64,000 nt of DNA from Porphyridium purpureum. Lineage: Eukaryota. How positions within the stretch are numbered: position 1 is the stretch's first letter; the number at the start of each line of letters is the position of its first letter. Below the pieces are notes generated by a model. The model was not told the origin of the DNA and did not search any database. It saw nothing but the letters and a program-made list of their open reading frames with translations. The stretch lies in assembly GCA_008690995.1 (NCBI GenBank), contig VRMN01000001.1, forward strand, positions 1,054,001 through 1,118,000, written 5' to 3'. Of the stretch, positions 10,968-20,065 are shown piece by piece. A program made the translations under genes and the position numbers.

Positions 10968-11909
10968 ATGGTGGCCGCTTCTCTTGTGGGTCCAAGGTCA
11001 GTCACGGAGCTGGGGATTGTTGTTGGACTGCGCGACGTCGGTATATCAATCACTAGGCTCGTAGCATATGGAGGTCAAGGCACACTCTACGAGGCTGCCG
11101 CAGTCTCGACGGGCGAAAAGGTGGCTGTCAAGGTCCTGCACAAGGTGAGCCCGAGCGATCACCGCAGGAGCGCAAGTCAGCGCGAAAAAGTCTTGCGGGA
11201 AGTTCGAATGATGCATCGCGCGCACGTGGTGTCTCCGCAACTTTTTGAGGACGACAAGTGCTTCTACATAGTCAGTGAATTTTTGCGAGGAGTAGATTTG
11301 CACACTCTGCATCTCCATCGTAGTTTCACTGAGAACGAAATTCTGCTCATGGGGCGCCAAATAATGCAGCAGCTGGCACACCTGCATTCGCCAAATGTTG
11401 GTATTGCGCACCGAGATATCAAGCCCGAGAACATCATGGTGAAAAATATGCGCACACTGGAGCTTCAACTTATTGATTTTGGCCTTTCGGAATGCGTGCT
11501 GGAATCACCGGACGGGCTTGTGTGCACATTTCCCGGCACTCTGCAGTACAAGAGTCCCGAACTGGTCAGCGCGACGAGCGCAGTGGACCCGCTTCCAAGT
11601 GACATTTGGGCCGCAGGCTGCGTGCTATATAAAATAGTGTGCGGTGGATTCCCCTTTTCGGGGGCTAGGGGCGAGGAGCTCACCAAGCATGGCATTATCA
11701 AGCGCAGCCCGAGCATGGACGGCGCTGTGTGGAAGCAAGTCTCGATGGAGACGCGGGGGCTGATCCGGAGGCTTCTTAGCAAGAACCCTCGCGAGCGTCC
11801 TTCTGCGCGGACTGCAATGCTGCTCATTGACCAAATCCTCGCGTCGCGCGAGCTTCCGCCGGTGCACGGTTACGAGCTCGTGCCTGTCCTTCCTGCAATT
11901 CGGTTCTGA
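10968..11909 (+). CDS. Ser/Thr protein kinase (CAMK-like)
   Basis: VAVK, HRDIKPEN, DFG, GTLQYKSPE, DIWAAG. Confidence 0.92.
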   Translation: MVAASLVGPRSVTELGIVVGLRDVGISITRLVAYGGQGTLYEAAAVSTGEKVAVKVLHKVSPSDHRRSASQREKVLREVRMMHRAHVVSPQLFEDDKCFYIVSEFLRGVDLHTLHLHRSFTENEILLMGRQIMQQLAHLHSPNVGIAHRDIKPENIMVKNMRTLELQLIDFGLSECVLESPDGLVCTFPGTLQYKSPELVSATSAVDPLPSDIWAAGCVLYKIVCGGFPFSGARGEELTKHGIIKRSPSMDGAVWKQVSMETRGLIRRLLSKNPRERPSARTAMLLIDQILASRELPPVHGYELVPVLPAIRF

Positions 11910-12208
11910 CCTGGCCTGCGCATGAGGCGAACCTCATCAAACCCTCAAAATAACCGTTCGCTTAGTTAGATCTAGGGTTCATACATCATACGAGGAAGAA
12001 GGGACAGGACAAAAAAGGGATTAAACCCCGCAGCCCCGCCGGCGACCTTATCGTAAATCGATGCTGTTTTGATAGACCGTGAAAAGTTTCTAAGAAGACG
12101 TGCTGACGAAGTCGGTAGCATGCTGTGGATGAAGTGGGCAGGCGAGAGGTGGTTGGGGTGTACGAAGGGTAGGAGAACGAGAGCGAGATCCGGGGGAGAG
12201 TAGTCGCG

Positions 12209-12805
12209 ATGTACGAGAGCGTCGTTGTGGTCGACGCGCGGGCCCACCTGCTGGGCCGCCTCGCGTCGATTGTAGCCAAGGAGCTGTTGTGCGGGCAGAA
12301 GGTGGTGGTCACGCGCTGCGAGGCCATCGAGATGTCCGGCAGGTTCATCCGCAAAAAGAATAAGTACCTCATGTTCCTGAGGAAGCGAATGAACACAAAT
12401 CCCTCGAGGGGTCCGTTCCACTTCCGCGCGCCGTCGAGGATTTTCTGGCGCACCGTTCGCGGCATGCTCCCCCACAAGACGGAGCGTGGCCAGGAGGCGC
12501 TGGGCAGACTCAAGGTGTTCGAGGGGATCCCGCCACCGTACGATAAGATGAAGCGAATGGTTGTACCGGACGCGCTCCGAGTCGTACGGCTTGCCCCTAG
12601 GCGAAAGCACTGCGTGCTGGGCCGCCTCAGTCACGAGGTCGGATGGAAGTACCAAGACGTCCTCGCGCGCCTGGAAACCAAGCGAAAAGTTCACTCTGCG
12701 GCGTACTACCAGCGCAAGAAGGCGCTCGACAAGCTCAAGAGGAAGGCGACAGAGAGCGCGGACCTGTCCAAGGTCACTCCGGTGCTGGAAGCTTTCGGGC
12801 ACTAG
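12209..12805 (+). CDS. RPL13A: 60S ribosomal protein L13a (uL13)
   Basis: [45 protein letters not shown]. Confidence 0.98.
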   Translation: MYESVVVVDARAHLLGRLASIVAKELLCGQKVVVTRCEAIEMSGRFIRKKNKYLMFLRKRMNTNPSRGPFHFRAPSRIFWRTVRGMLPHKTERGQEALGRLKVFEGIPPPYDKMKRMVVPDALRVVRLAPRRKHCVLGRLSHEVGWKYQDVLARLETKRKVHSAAYYQRKKALDKLKRKATESADLSKVTPVLEAFGH

Positions 12806-12902
12806 GTGAATCGTTGTGCTTGGTAAGTAATAAAAGTAATTTTACCTTGCTGCACGCGTCCGACAAGAGCAAATTCTGGATGAGGTGGCGCATGTCGTCT
12901 TT

Positions 12903-14819
12903 TCAACGCATGCCTCCCTGGGTTTCTATGTACGACATGACTTGCGTGGGAATCACTGCGAGGAGCTTCGCCGCAAGTCTCGCCATGTCCCCGCCAAAGT
13001 CGCGAAGCGCAACAAACTGAACATTGTCCCTGAGAGCAACACGCCCGTCGCTGCTGCAAAGAAGCTGCTTCCGTCCCGGTTGGACAGGCGGCGGAGCGCT
13101 CTGATCCGGTCGGTAATCCATGAACGGGCCCATCGCCGAGAAATCCTCCTGGCCGATACCAACAATCATCACACTCAGAGGCAACGAAGACGCGCGCACT
13201 AGCTCGTCAACAGTCGAATCACGGTCACTCAGAATCCCGTCCGTCATCACAAGCAAGACATGGTATGGCAAGGGCTTGCCCCGCCGTTCGGCCAATTTCC
13301 GGCTCACGATGACGCTGGCAGTCTTCAGCACGCTGCTCAGCACTGTTGGGCCATACAGCTGCACTGCCGAAAGCGTATTCTTGTACGCAGCCATCAGTCC
13401 CTCAACTCCATTGCAGAATGGGTCGTGAGGGTTCCCAGTCAATGCGAAACAATGGCTCGTTTGAAAAGCCGGCGGCAGATTTGCACCAAAACCGTAAGAC
13501 GGAATGCGCTTATCCTTTGCGTACGGGAGCAGGACATTAAAAACGCTTCGAATGACAACTTCGTATGGGTTTGGTCGTCCAGTTGGATCCAGATAGTGCA
13601 GCGAGTTCTGCTTGTTCGGGGGCCCGTTCGAACTGGTGAAGTCTACAGCGCTGAGTAGCTCAAAGTCCACCACTCCGGCCGACAGGAGGTCGTAGAATGA
13701 GCTCTTGTCCTGGTGCTCCATGCCCAGAAAGCGCAACGTGCCACCGGCTTTTCCCGTGATGCTAAGCGCAGAGCCTGGCTGTAGCACCTTCATCGCCGAC
13801 ATATTAGAGTTCACATAACCGAGCACCGTAAATGGAGGACCAGGCGGTGGTATGGCATCCTCGGCGCCTTTCACCAATTGATTCTTTTGGAATACCCTCA
13901 CAACAACCAACCGGATTAGCCGCGACTCGTCATTATCAGACAGCTGCACCTGGCTCGTTTCAATTTCCAGCGGTATGGGACGATCGGGAACATGAGAAAT
14001 CGGAGCGAATGTCGACTCTGCTACCAAATTCCACGTCTGAGCGGTCTGATCTGCCAGCAGGCAGTGAAGTTGGACGCATTCGATGAACGGTTCTGTGGGA
14101 GAAGCTGCAGCGGTAAAGATCTCCTGTCGTACTTGCTCAGAAGACTGTCCCGGCTTCTTCTTGAAAATGGACAGTGCCGAATCAAAGGGCGCGACGGCCG
14201 TTTTCAAGGCAGCCGGTGCCGCGGATCCTCCAGCTTGGCCGGACTTGCCCGTTCCGAACACGGCGGCCAAATCAAGATCAGAGACAAGCCAATTGAGCTT
14301 GAGTACTTGGGAGCCTTGCTGGGACTTCCGCAAGGTCAGGAGAACCGAGCCTATGGCGATTCCTGGGGCAGCTTGGCGATTCACGAGACCGAGCGTTGCT
14401 GGTGTGTGGGTCAGCGTGGACAGCGGCGTATCGATTACGCCGATAAGACGATGCGCTCCAAGCGCGTCGCTCGCAGACTCGCGATCAAAGACGCCCACGC
14501 GCACTTCCTGGTAAAGCTCAAAGTGGAACACGAGGGTGAACCATGTGTCAAACTGCGGCGAGCGCTGCGCATGGCGCGTCTCACTGCGGCCAATTTCCGT
14601 CCAGTCGCTCTTGCCCGCGGTCTTGAGAAACACCACGCAAAACGGATCCGGCTCGCCATGGAGTCCGTGGAGGTCCTTTGCGCTCACATTCAACTCGACG
14701 ACGCATGAATTCAGTCCGGACGCTGCCTCGAACACAGGCCACGACGACTTCCCATCCGAGCCACCATCCTGGCTCGGCGTGGTGGCGCCAAACGGCCTCA
14801 GGCGATCCGGTACATCCAT
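12903..14819 (-). CDS. Copine (C2 domains + VWA domain)
   Basis: C2A (PDPFCVV...EIGRSET...FHFELYQ); VWA AVDFTSSNG..SLHY, YGFGA, GPT, LLVMTDG, LPLSVMIVGIG, RDNVQFV. First ATG at 14819. Confidence 0.93.
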   Translation of the reverse strand: MDVPDRLRPFGATTPSQDGGSDGKSSWPVFEAASGLNSCVVELNVSAKDLHGLHGEPDPFCVVFLKTAGKSDWTEIGRSETRHAQRSPQFDTWFTLVFHFELYQEVRVGVFDRESASDALGAHRLIGVIDTPLSTLTHTPATLGLVNRQAAPGIAIGSVLLTLRKSQQGSQVLKLNWLVSDLDLAAVFGTGKSGQAGGSAAPAALKTAVAPFDSALSIFKKKPGQSSEQVRQEIFTAAASPTEPFIECVQLHCLLADQTAQTWNLVAESTFAPISHVPDRPIPLEIETSQVQLSDNDESRLIRLVVVRVFQKNQLVKGAEDAIPPPGPPFTVLGYVNSNMSAMKVLQPGSALSITGKAGGTLRFLGMEHQDKSSFYDLLSAGVVDFELLSAVDFTSSNGPPNKQNSLHYLDPTGRPNPYEVVIRSVFNVLLPYAKDKRIPSYGFGANLPPAFQTSHCFALTGNPHDPFCNGVEGLMAAYKNTLSAVQLYGPTVLSSVLKTASVIVSRKLAERRGKPLPYHVLLVMTDGILSDRDSTVDELVRASSLPLSVMIVGIGQEDFSAMGPFMDYRPDQSAPPPVQPGRKQLLCSSDGRVALRDNVQFVALRDFGGDMARLAAKLLAVIPTQVMSYIETQGGMR

Positions 14820-15288
14820 ATCCAATCAAGTGGCTGAACACACTCCCGCTCTTCCTCCCTCTCCCCCCTTTCTCTCACGCGCTCCCGCTTTCGCTCTTAA
14901 AAGCTCTCCATTCCCCACGACACAGCGAATCGTGCGAATTGGATTGACCCGTGTGTCGTTAACGACTTCCGTTTCCAGTTTAAAGAACAGAAACTGTACT
15001 TCGAATATCTCCACGGGTGTTAGAGGGCTCCGGGCACGTTGCGCCGTTGTCCGTCCGTAAAGTTGAAAGCCTTGGAATATCTTGGAACCCCCATGGAACT
15101 CAAGGGGTACAAAGAGCTGCAAGAGGTGACGGGAAACGACCAAAGGGACCATCGACAACCTATGTACTGTTCTACTACATTTATGTATGAGGCAGCGTTT
15201 TCGGTAGGCTCCACGACCCGGGTGACTTGAGTTTCAACTTCATGAGAATAAACACGATTCAGACTCGTCGAAGGTCTTCGGGCGTTTG

Positions 15289-18200
15289 TCAAAGTGCTTC
15301 ATCTGTATCCGCGCTCGCCGGCGCGGCGGCACAGGTCAAATAGTCAAGCATGTGCGTATTTTGGTCGCACATTCGACCCAAACGCTCGTGCTGCTGGCTG
15401 AGAGCAAGCTGCAGACCGCGAAGGACGCTTAGCATGACATTAGATTCCTGGACCGGAATTTGCTTCAATCGCTGCGCGTCGGCCAGACAGCGCAAGAGCG
15501 CAACGCACCAGCTTAGGTCGAATTCGACATGCACGGTTTGATGCAGTCTCGATGCCCAGAATTGGCCTAAAGTGGAGAGGACGGAAAGCGGGAGACGCTG
15601 CACAACGCTCGACACGGCTTCGAACGGAACTTGGTCCACGATCTGATTGAGCAAGATATTCTCTTTCAGTCGGAGAGCAATTTGTAAAGCGAGCAAATAA
15701 TCACCCCGATCATGCGCGTTCCATGCTTCCTGCGGCGTAATCTCCATTCCCAAGTCTGTCGGGTCAAAGAATTCGCCCTCGTCCCCAACGTCCAAGCTGT
15801 ACAACAAAATGCCTTCCGACGTCACGGCGCCCCACGTGCGCGAGCCGGGCGCAAACTGCAAGTCCAATGTGCGGGCATCGAGCACTCTTGACCGCGTAAT
15901 TAGCCTTTTCTCTTCGTCCTTTCTCGTCGCAATCGCGACGCTCTTCGACTTGCGCGCTTTTTCATCGTCGTCATGCTTGATTTCGGACCTTGCCACACCG
16001 CCTTCCGTCAGCATCCTGTTCGACAGCTTTTTCCTCACGCCCTCCAGCGACTCGTTCTTCGTCAGCTGATACCGTTTCAGCAAGCGAATACCCAAAGCGT
16101 CGGCTTGCACGTAGAATACACAAACAGTGGGAGCGTCACCTCCTGCGATCAAGAAGCGACCATCATCAGAGAACGAAATGCACGAAAAGAAGCCGTATTT
16201 CGGTGCCAAAATACGGCTCGCTGCATTGCGACCTCCTGATGCATCACGCCGCGCATCCACCGAGCAGAGCATGTCTTCACTTTCGGAATCCCAGATGGAA
16301 ATAACTCCGTCCGAACTAGACACGGCCAAAAGCGTGTTGTTCTGATACGGCCTCCATGACAGCGCTAGTACTTGCTTGTTGTTTCCAATACTGATTGTCG
16401 CAGGCGTACTACCGCCATGCGCATACAGGTTCCAGAATCTCACAGTTCCGTCCCACGAGCCGGAGGCGAGCAAGCCCGACGTGGGGTTAAAACTCAGATC
16501 AGACACGGGTTGTGTATGACCCGTCAAAACTTCGAGCAGTTTTCCGGTCTGGATGGACCAGAGCGCAATCTCAAACGAGTCCTGACAGCCCGCCGCTACC
16601 AAGTCGCCGGCGGGATCAACCGCGACGCATGTAAATTGCCGAGGCGGCGCAGGCGCGGTGAGTACGCGAAAACAACGGTATCGCTTAGTATCCCACGCAC
16701 GCACCGTGCCGTCAAGTGAGGCACTAATAAGAACATCCTTCTTGGAGAAAGCAACGGCTGTCACCGCGCTCTCGTGCTCTCGGAAGGTGGAGACACAAAA
16801 GCCGGACTGGACGCTCCACAACTTAACAGCACCATCCATTCCTCCGCTCGCCATAAACCGACCGTTCGGTGCAAAGCTCAACGAATTCGCGAGCGACAGA
16901 TGTCCCTGTTGTTTAAGCACGTGAGTCTCAGAGCGCCACTCCCAAACGAGCAGCTGGCCCAGCGACGCACTTGCAAAGGCAAGCCACTCACCAGAAGAGT
17001 TCAGCGCAGCAGACGTAATTTCAGCATTTGACAAGGAGAGCGCGTGTATGAGGGTGAGCGGTTCCAGATGCACAGGCGGATTTGTCACAGCAGGATCGTA
17101 CAGTTCATCGTCTTTGTTCTCGACGGAAAAGGAGCGCACAGCATCTGGTAATTCAAATAGCCCAAATACGCCATTTCCGAGACACACGCAGATCAAGTGC
17201 AACTTTTCATGCACAGAGCATCGTGTTGCAAGCTTCTCGCCACCATACCTTGCGTCACTTTTGCACAGCATTCGCGCGCGCACGAAGACTTGCGCTTTCT
17301 GATGCGAGCGCTGCGCTGGCTTCGGGAGAGCCTGCGCACGCTTACGCCCCGCCACTCCTTTGCCTTTCTTTCCAGTCACAGCCTGGTCTCGACTTGACGG
17401 TGCGGACCCTGTCGATGCTTCCGAGTCTGAGCCCGAGCTGGATGGCGCGCTCTCCTTTCTCCGTTTCAGACCGCTTTGCTGAACCCCATTCACTGGACTG
17501 TTGTCATTCCCTGTACTGTCGCTGTCTTCTGCGCCAGAGTCAGACTCAACATCTTCAAATCCCGCATCTTGTGCTACTTTCAGCTCCTGCTCCATCCATT
17601 CGGTCAGTCGGATACGCCAACAAAAAATGATACCGTCCCGAGAAACGGTGACCAACGCACGGTTGTCTGCAATGAATGACGCGTGGATCACAGCGTCGCG
17701 ATGAGCGCCCAGCGTAATGCATCCGAGGCGCCTCCACTTCTTCCTCAGTGGTCCGACATACCACAGCTTTGCGGTTCGGTCTTCGGATCCAGACACCAGC
17801 ATATGGCCGTCAGAACTCCAGCTGAGGCACAGGATTTGCTCGGTGTGCACGGTGAAGCTTTTCTCAAGCCGCCATGCGCCAAACTGCGGATACAGTGAAT
17901 CGGCATCCAGCGTTGTCCGATTCAAATTCCACACTTGGATGGTTCTTGCAAAGGCGATTGCCACCCGGCTCTCATCAGGCGCAAAGGCCACGGCGGCGTG
18001 CTCCTTGACCACACCTTTTAACTTGAATCGATGTAGCACGACCCCTCGAGCGGCATGAATCAGGTAGCACGTGCTAGTTTGCTGGGCATCTGCCGCGGTG
18101 CTTCGTGTCTTCGCGGTCGCACCTGGCGGAGCATCGATGGCCAAAATCAATTTTCCTGTTCGCGGACTGACGTGCACAGCCACTAAATCGAACCGCGCTT

Positions 18201-18363
18201 CGAACTGCGGCAACACGCGCGTCTGCGCACGCACGAGGTCAATGACACACACGCGCGCGCCGAGCGTCCCCACCAGCGAGTTTCCATCAGGCCCAAACGC
18301 CACATTCCCTGCACGGTGCACGCTGCCGCAGATCCGGCTCAACGAGTATTCCACGTACCCCAT
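15289..18363 (-). CDS. PWP2: Periodic tryptophan protein 2 (UTP1, SSU processome)
   Basis: N-terminal CGSVHRAGN; LGQLLVWEWRSETHVLKQQGH; SLDGTVRAWDTKRYRCFR; FFDPTDLGMEITP followed by a helical tail. Confidence 0.95.
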   Translation of the reverse strand: MGYVEYSLSRICGSVHRAGNVAFGPDGNSLVGTLGARVCVIDLVRAQTRVLPQFEARFDLVAVHVSPRTGKLILAIDAPPGATAKTRSTAADAQQTSTCYLIHAARGVVLHRFKLKGVVKEHAAVAFAPDESRVAIAFARTIQVWNLNRTTLDADSLYPQFGAWRLEKSFTVHTEQILCLSWSSDGHMLVSGSEDRTAKLWYVGPLRKKWRRLGCITLGAHRDAVIHASFIADNRALVTVSRDGIIFCWRIRLTEWMEQELKVAQDAGFEDVESDSGAEDSDSTGNDNSPVNGVQQSGLKRRKESAPSSSGSDSEASTGSAPSSRDQAVTGKKGKGVAGRKRAQALPKPAQRSHQKAQVFVRARMLCKSDARYGGEKLATRCSVHEKLHLICVCLGNGVFGLFELPDAVRSFSVENKDDELYDPAVTNPPVHLEPLTLIHALSLSNAEITSAALNSSGEWLAFASASLGQLLVWEWRSETHVLKQQGHLSLANSLSFAPNGRFMASGGMDGAVKLWSVQSGFCVSTFREHESAVTAVAFSKKDVLISASLDGTVRAWDTKRYRCFRVLTAPAPPRQFTCVAVDPAGDLVAAGCQDSFEIALWSIQTGKLLEVLTGHTQPVSDLSFNPTSGLLASGSWDGTVRFWNLYAHGGSTPATISIGNNKQVLALSWRPYQNNTLLAVSSSDGVISIWDSESEDMLCSVDARRDASGGRNAASRILAPKYGFFSCISFSDDGRFLIAGGDAPTVCVFYVQADALGIRLLKRYQLTKNESLEGVRKKLSNRMLTEGGVARSEIKHDDDEKARKSKSVAIATRKDEEKRLITRSRVLDARTLDLQFAPGSRTWGAVTSEGILLYSLDVGDEGEFFDPTDLGMEITPQEAWNAHDRGDYLLALQIALRLKENILLNQIVDQVPFEAVSSVVQRLPLSVLSTLGQFWASRLHQTVHVEFDLSWCVALLRCLADAQRLKQIPVQESNVMLSVLRGLQLALSQQHERLGRMCDQNTHMLDYLTCAAAPASADTDEAL

Positions 18364-18695
18364 CGCCTAAACTTCTTTGCGACCAGCCGACCGTGCACAC
18401 ACAAACACGCCCGCGCGCCTTGCTCCCGTCCCGCCGTCACAACTCGCGCAACTGTACCTCCTGTGACGAGCCGCAACACGAGTTTTGTGCATGTGGTGTT
18501 GCGTGCTGCTCGAGCCATTCCAGAGACCAGTCGGATATTGGATTGACCAGCCGGTGAACGTGCAAGCAGCACGCGCAGAGGCACGTGGTGCTTCGCGGCA
18601 AGTCCTCTGCGTGCAGCGCGGGCAGCCCACGTTCTGTGAGAAACGCTGCGGTGCCAGAGTCACGTGATTCTGAGAGGGAAGGAAGAAGGAAAACA

Positions 18696-19712
18696 TTATT
18701 GAATAACACATTTGGACGATTCTTTGGAGGCCCTCCGGGAAAGACGTCGTTGACGCTCACCCCCGCCACGCCGACTTGGTGCGCCCGTTTGCACATCCAC
18801 CTTCAAGTCTGGCCGCACAAGTTGCATCCAGGTGTGAGGAATCGGCTTGGAAAGTTCCACAATTACTTTTTGCAACTGCGCGATGATCTGCACCGGAAGA
18901 TTGCGAAATGCTGTGGTATGCGGAAGCAAATTGAGGCTCTCTTGCTCCTTGACCGCGTACATGAAGAAGCGCCCGTTTTCTCCTTCAGAGTAGGCGTGTA
19001 GTTTACGAAGTGCCGGCACCTGCGTCTCGATCTCATCCAAAGCACGCCCGACTGTGATCCGATTGGAGAAGAAGAAGTACATAGCGCCTATTTCGCTCAT
19101 CAGAGGAAAATAGACGAGCAGATGTATCCGGTCCTCCTTCTCAATGGAGCTTTTCCCAACTGCAGACGTGAGCGTATTCTGGACTTTTAGACACGCCATG
19201 AGCTGGCGCTGTTCGTTGAGCAAACGTTTTTCTGCCAGTGCCTCCATTTCGCTGCTTTCAGTATGCTTGGCATCTTGCCTATCCCTCGCCGCCGCGTTGT
19301 TCTCTGCATTTCCCTTCAGTGCCTGACCAATTTTGGACTCTTTCTCGAGCTGCGCCTTTACTCCTTCTATGGGCCGGCATTGATGATCCATTTCATTTCG
19401 ATGCTGCAAGCAAAACCGGCCGCGGCAAAGTAGGCAAACCACACTCACGGCATCTTTTCTGGCACAACCTTCGTACTCACATCGCTTAAACTTGGTCAGC
19501 TTGCTTGTATCTTTGATATCGTGCCTTTTCTCGGCTAGAAGAATACAGGCATGCCTCCGTTCGTCACCATAATGCTCTTCGCAGTAGCTGTGCCCGCATA
19601 CTGTGCATTTGTACGGCAGAAGCTCATGACTTTGACACACGCGGCACTTTGCGCCGAGCTGCCGTTCTTCAGCGTCATGCTCGTCCCGGCCTTGCACTCC
19701 ACCATGGGCCAT
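18696..19712 (-). CDS. AN1-type zinc-finger protein (ZFAND1/Cuz1-like) with C-terminal CaaX motif
   Basis: Two AN1 fingers (CRVC..LPYKCTVC..YCEEH; CEYEGC..CLLCRGRFCLQHR..DHQC); UBL-like AVG..IEKEDRIHL..FFS..ITVGRALD; ends CVIQ*. First ATG at 19712. Confidence 0.85.
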   Translation of the reverse strand: MAHGGVQGRDEHDAEERQLGAKCRVCQSHELLPYKCTVCGHSYCEEHYGDERRHACILLAEKRHDIKDTSKLTKFKRCEYEGCARKDAVSVVCLLCRGRFCLQHRNEMDHQCRPIEGVKAQLEKESKIGQALKGNAENNAAARDRQDAKHTESSEMEALAEKRLLNEQRQLMACLKVQNTLTSAVGKSSIEKEDRIHLLVYFPLMSEIGAMYFFFSNRITVGRALDEIETQVPALRKLHAYSEGENGRFFMYAVKEQESLNLLPHTTAFRNLPVQIIAQLQKVIVELSKPIPHTWMQLVRPDLKVDVQTGAPSRRGGGERQRRLSRRASKESSKCVIQ

Positions 19713-20065
19713 GCCTGCGCAAAGAGCCCTGTCACATGAAACGCTTGCGCGCTTGGCCGAGTCGGGAACGACGATGACAAAGGGACTCGTACCGCGCGCG
19801 CGCGCGCACCACTCGTTCGCGCACGCCGCGTTGTCGCCTCCCACGCTCTCGCACACAATGTTCGCAAACCGTTCGAAACGTGTAATTTCTGCACTGCAAT
19901 TCAGAACTGTAATTTATGAGAGAATTACTTTGGTACAGTAATCATGCGAGTTTTTTTGGTTTTTTTTCGTTGTCATTTGGTGCGTTGATCTGCGCGCGTG
20001 GGGAGGAGTAAGTAGCACGCGAGTGCGCGTGAGGAGAGAGACAGTGGGGTGGAGATAGTGTTCGG

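Noticed and set aside
11972..12802. Long antisense ORFs (also 31831-32406, 41452-42399, 49203-50135, 54586-55647)
   Set aside because: Shadow frames opposite well-supported genes with GC-rich codons; no motifs of their own
15060..15240. 9-bp inverted repeat AAGTTGAAA/TTTCAACTT as MITE ends
   Set aside because: Too short, no clear target-site duplication, and no second copy seen
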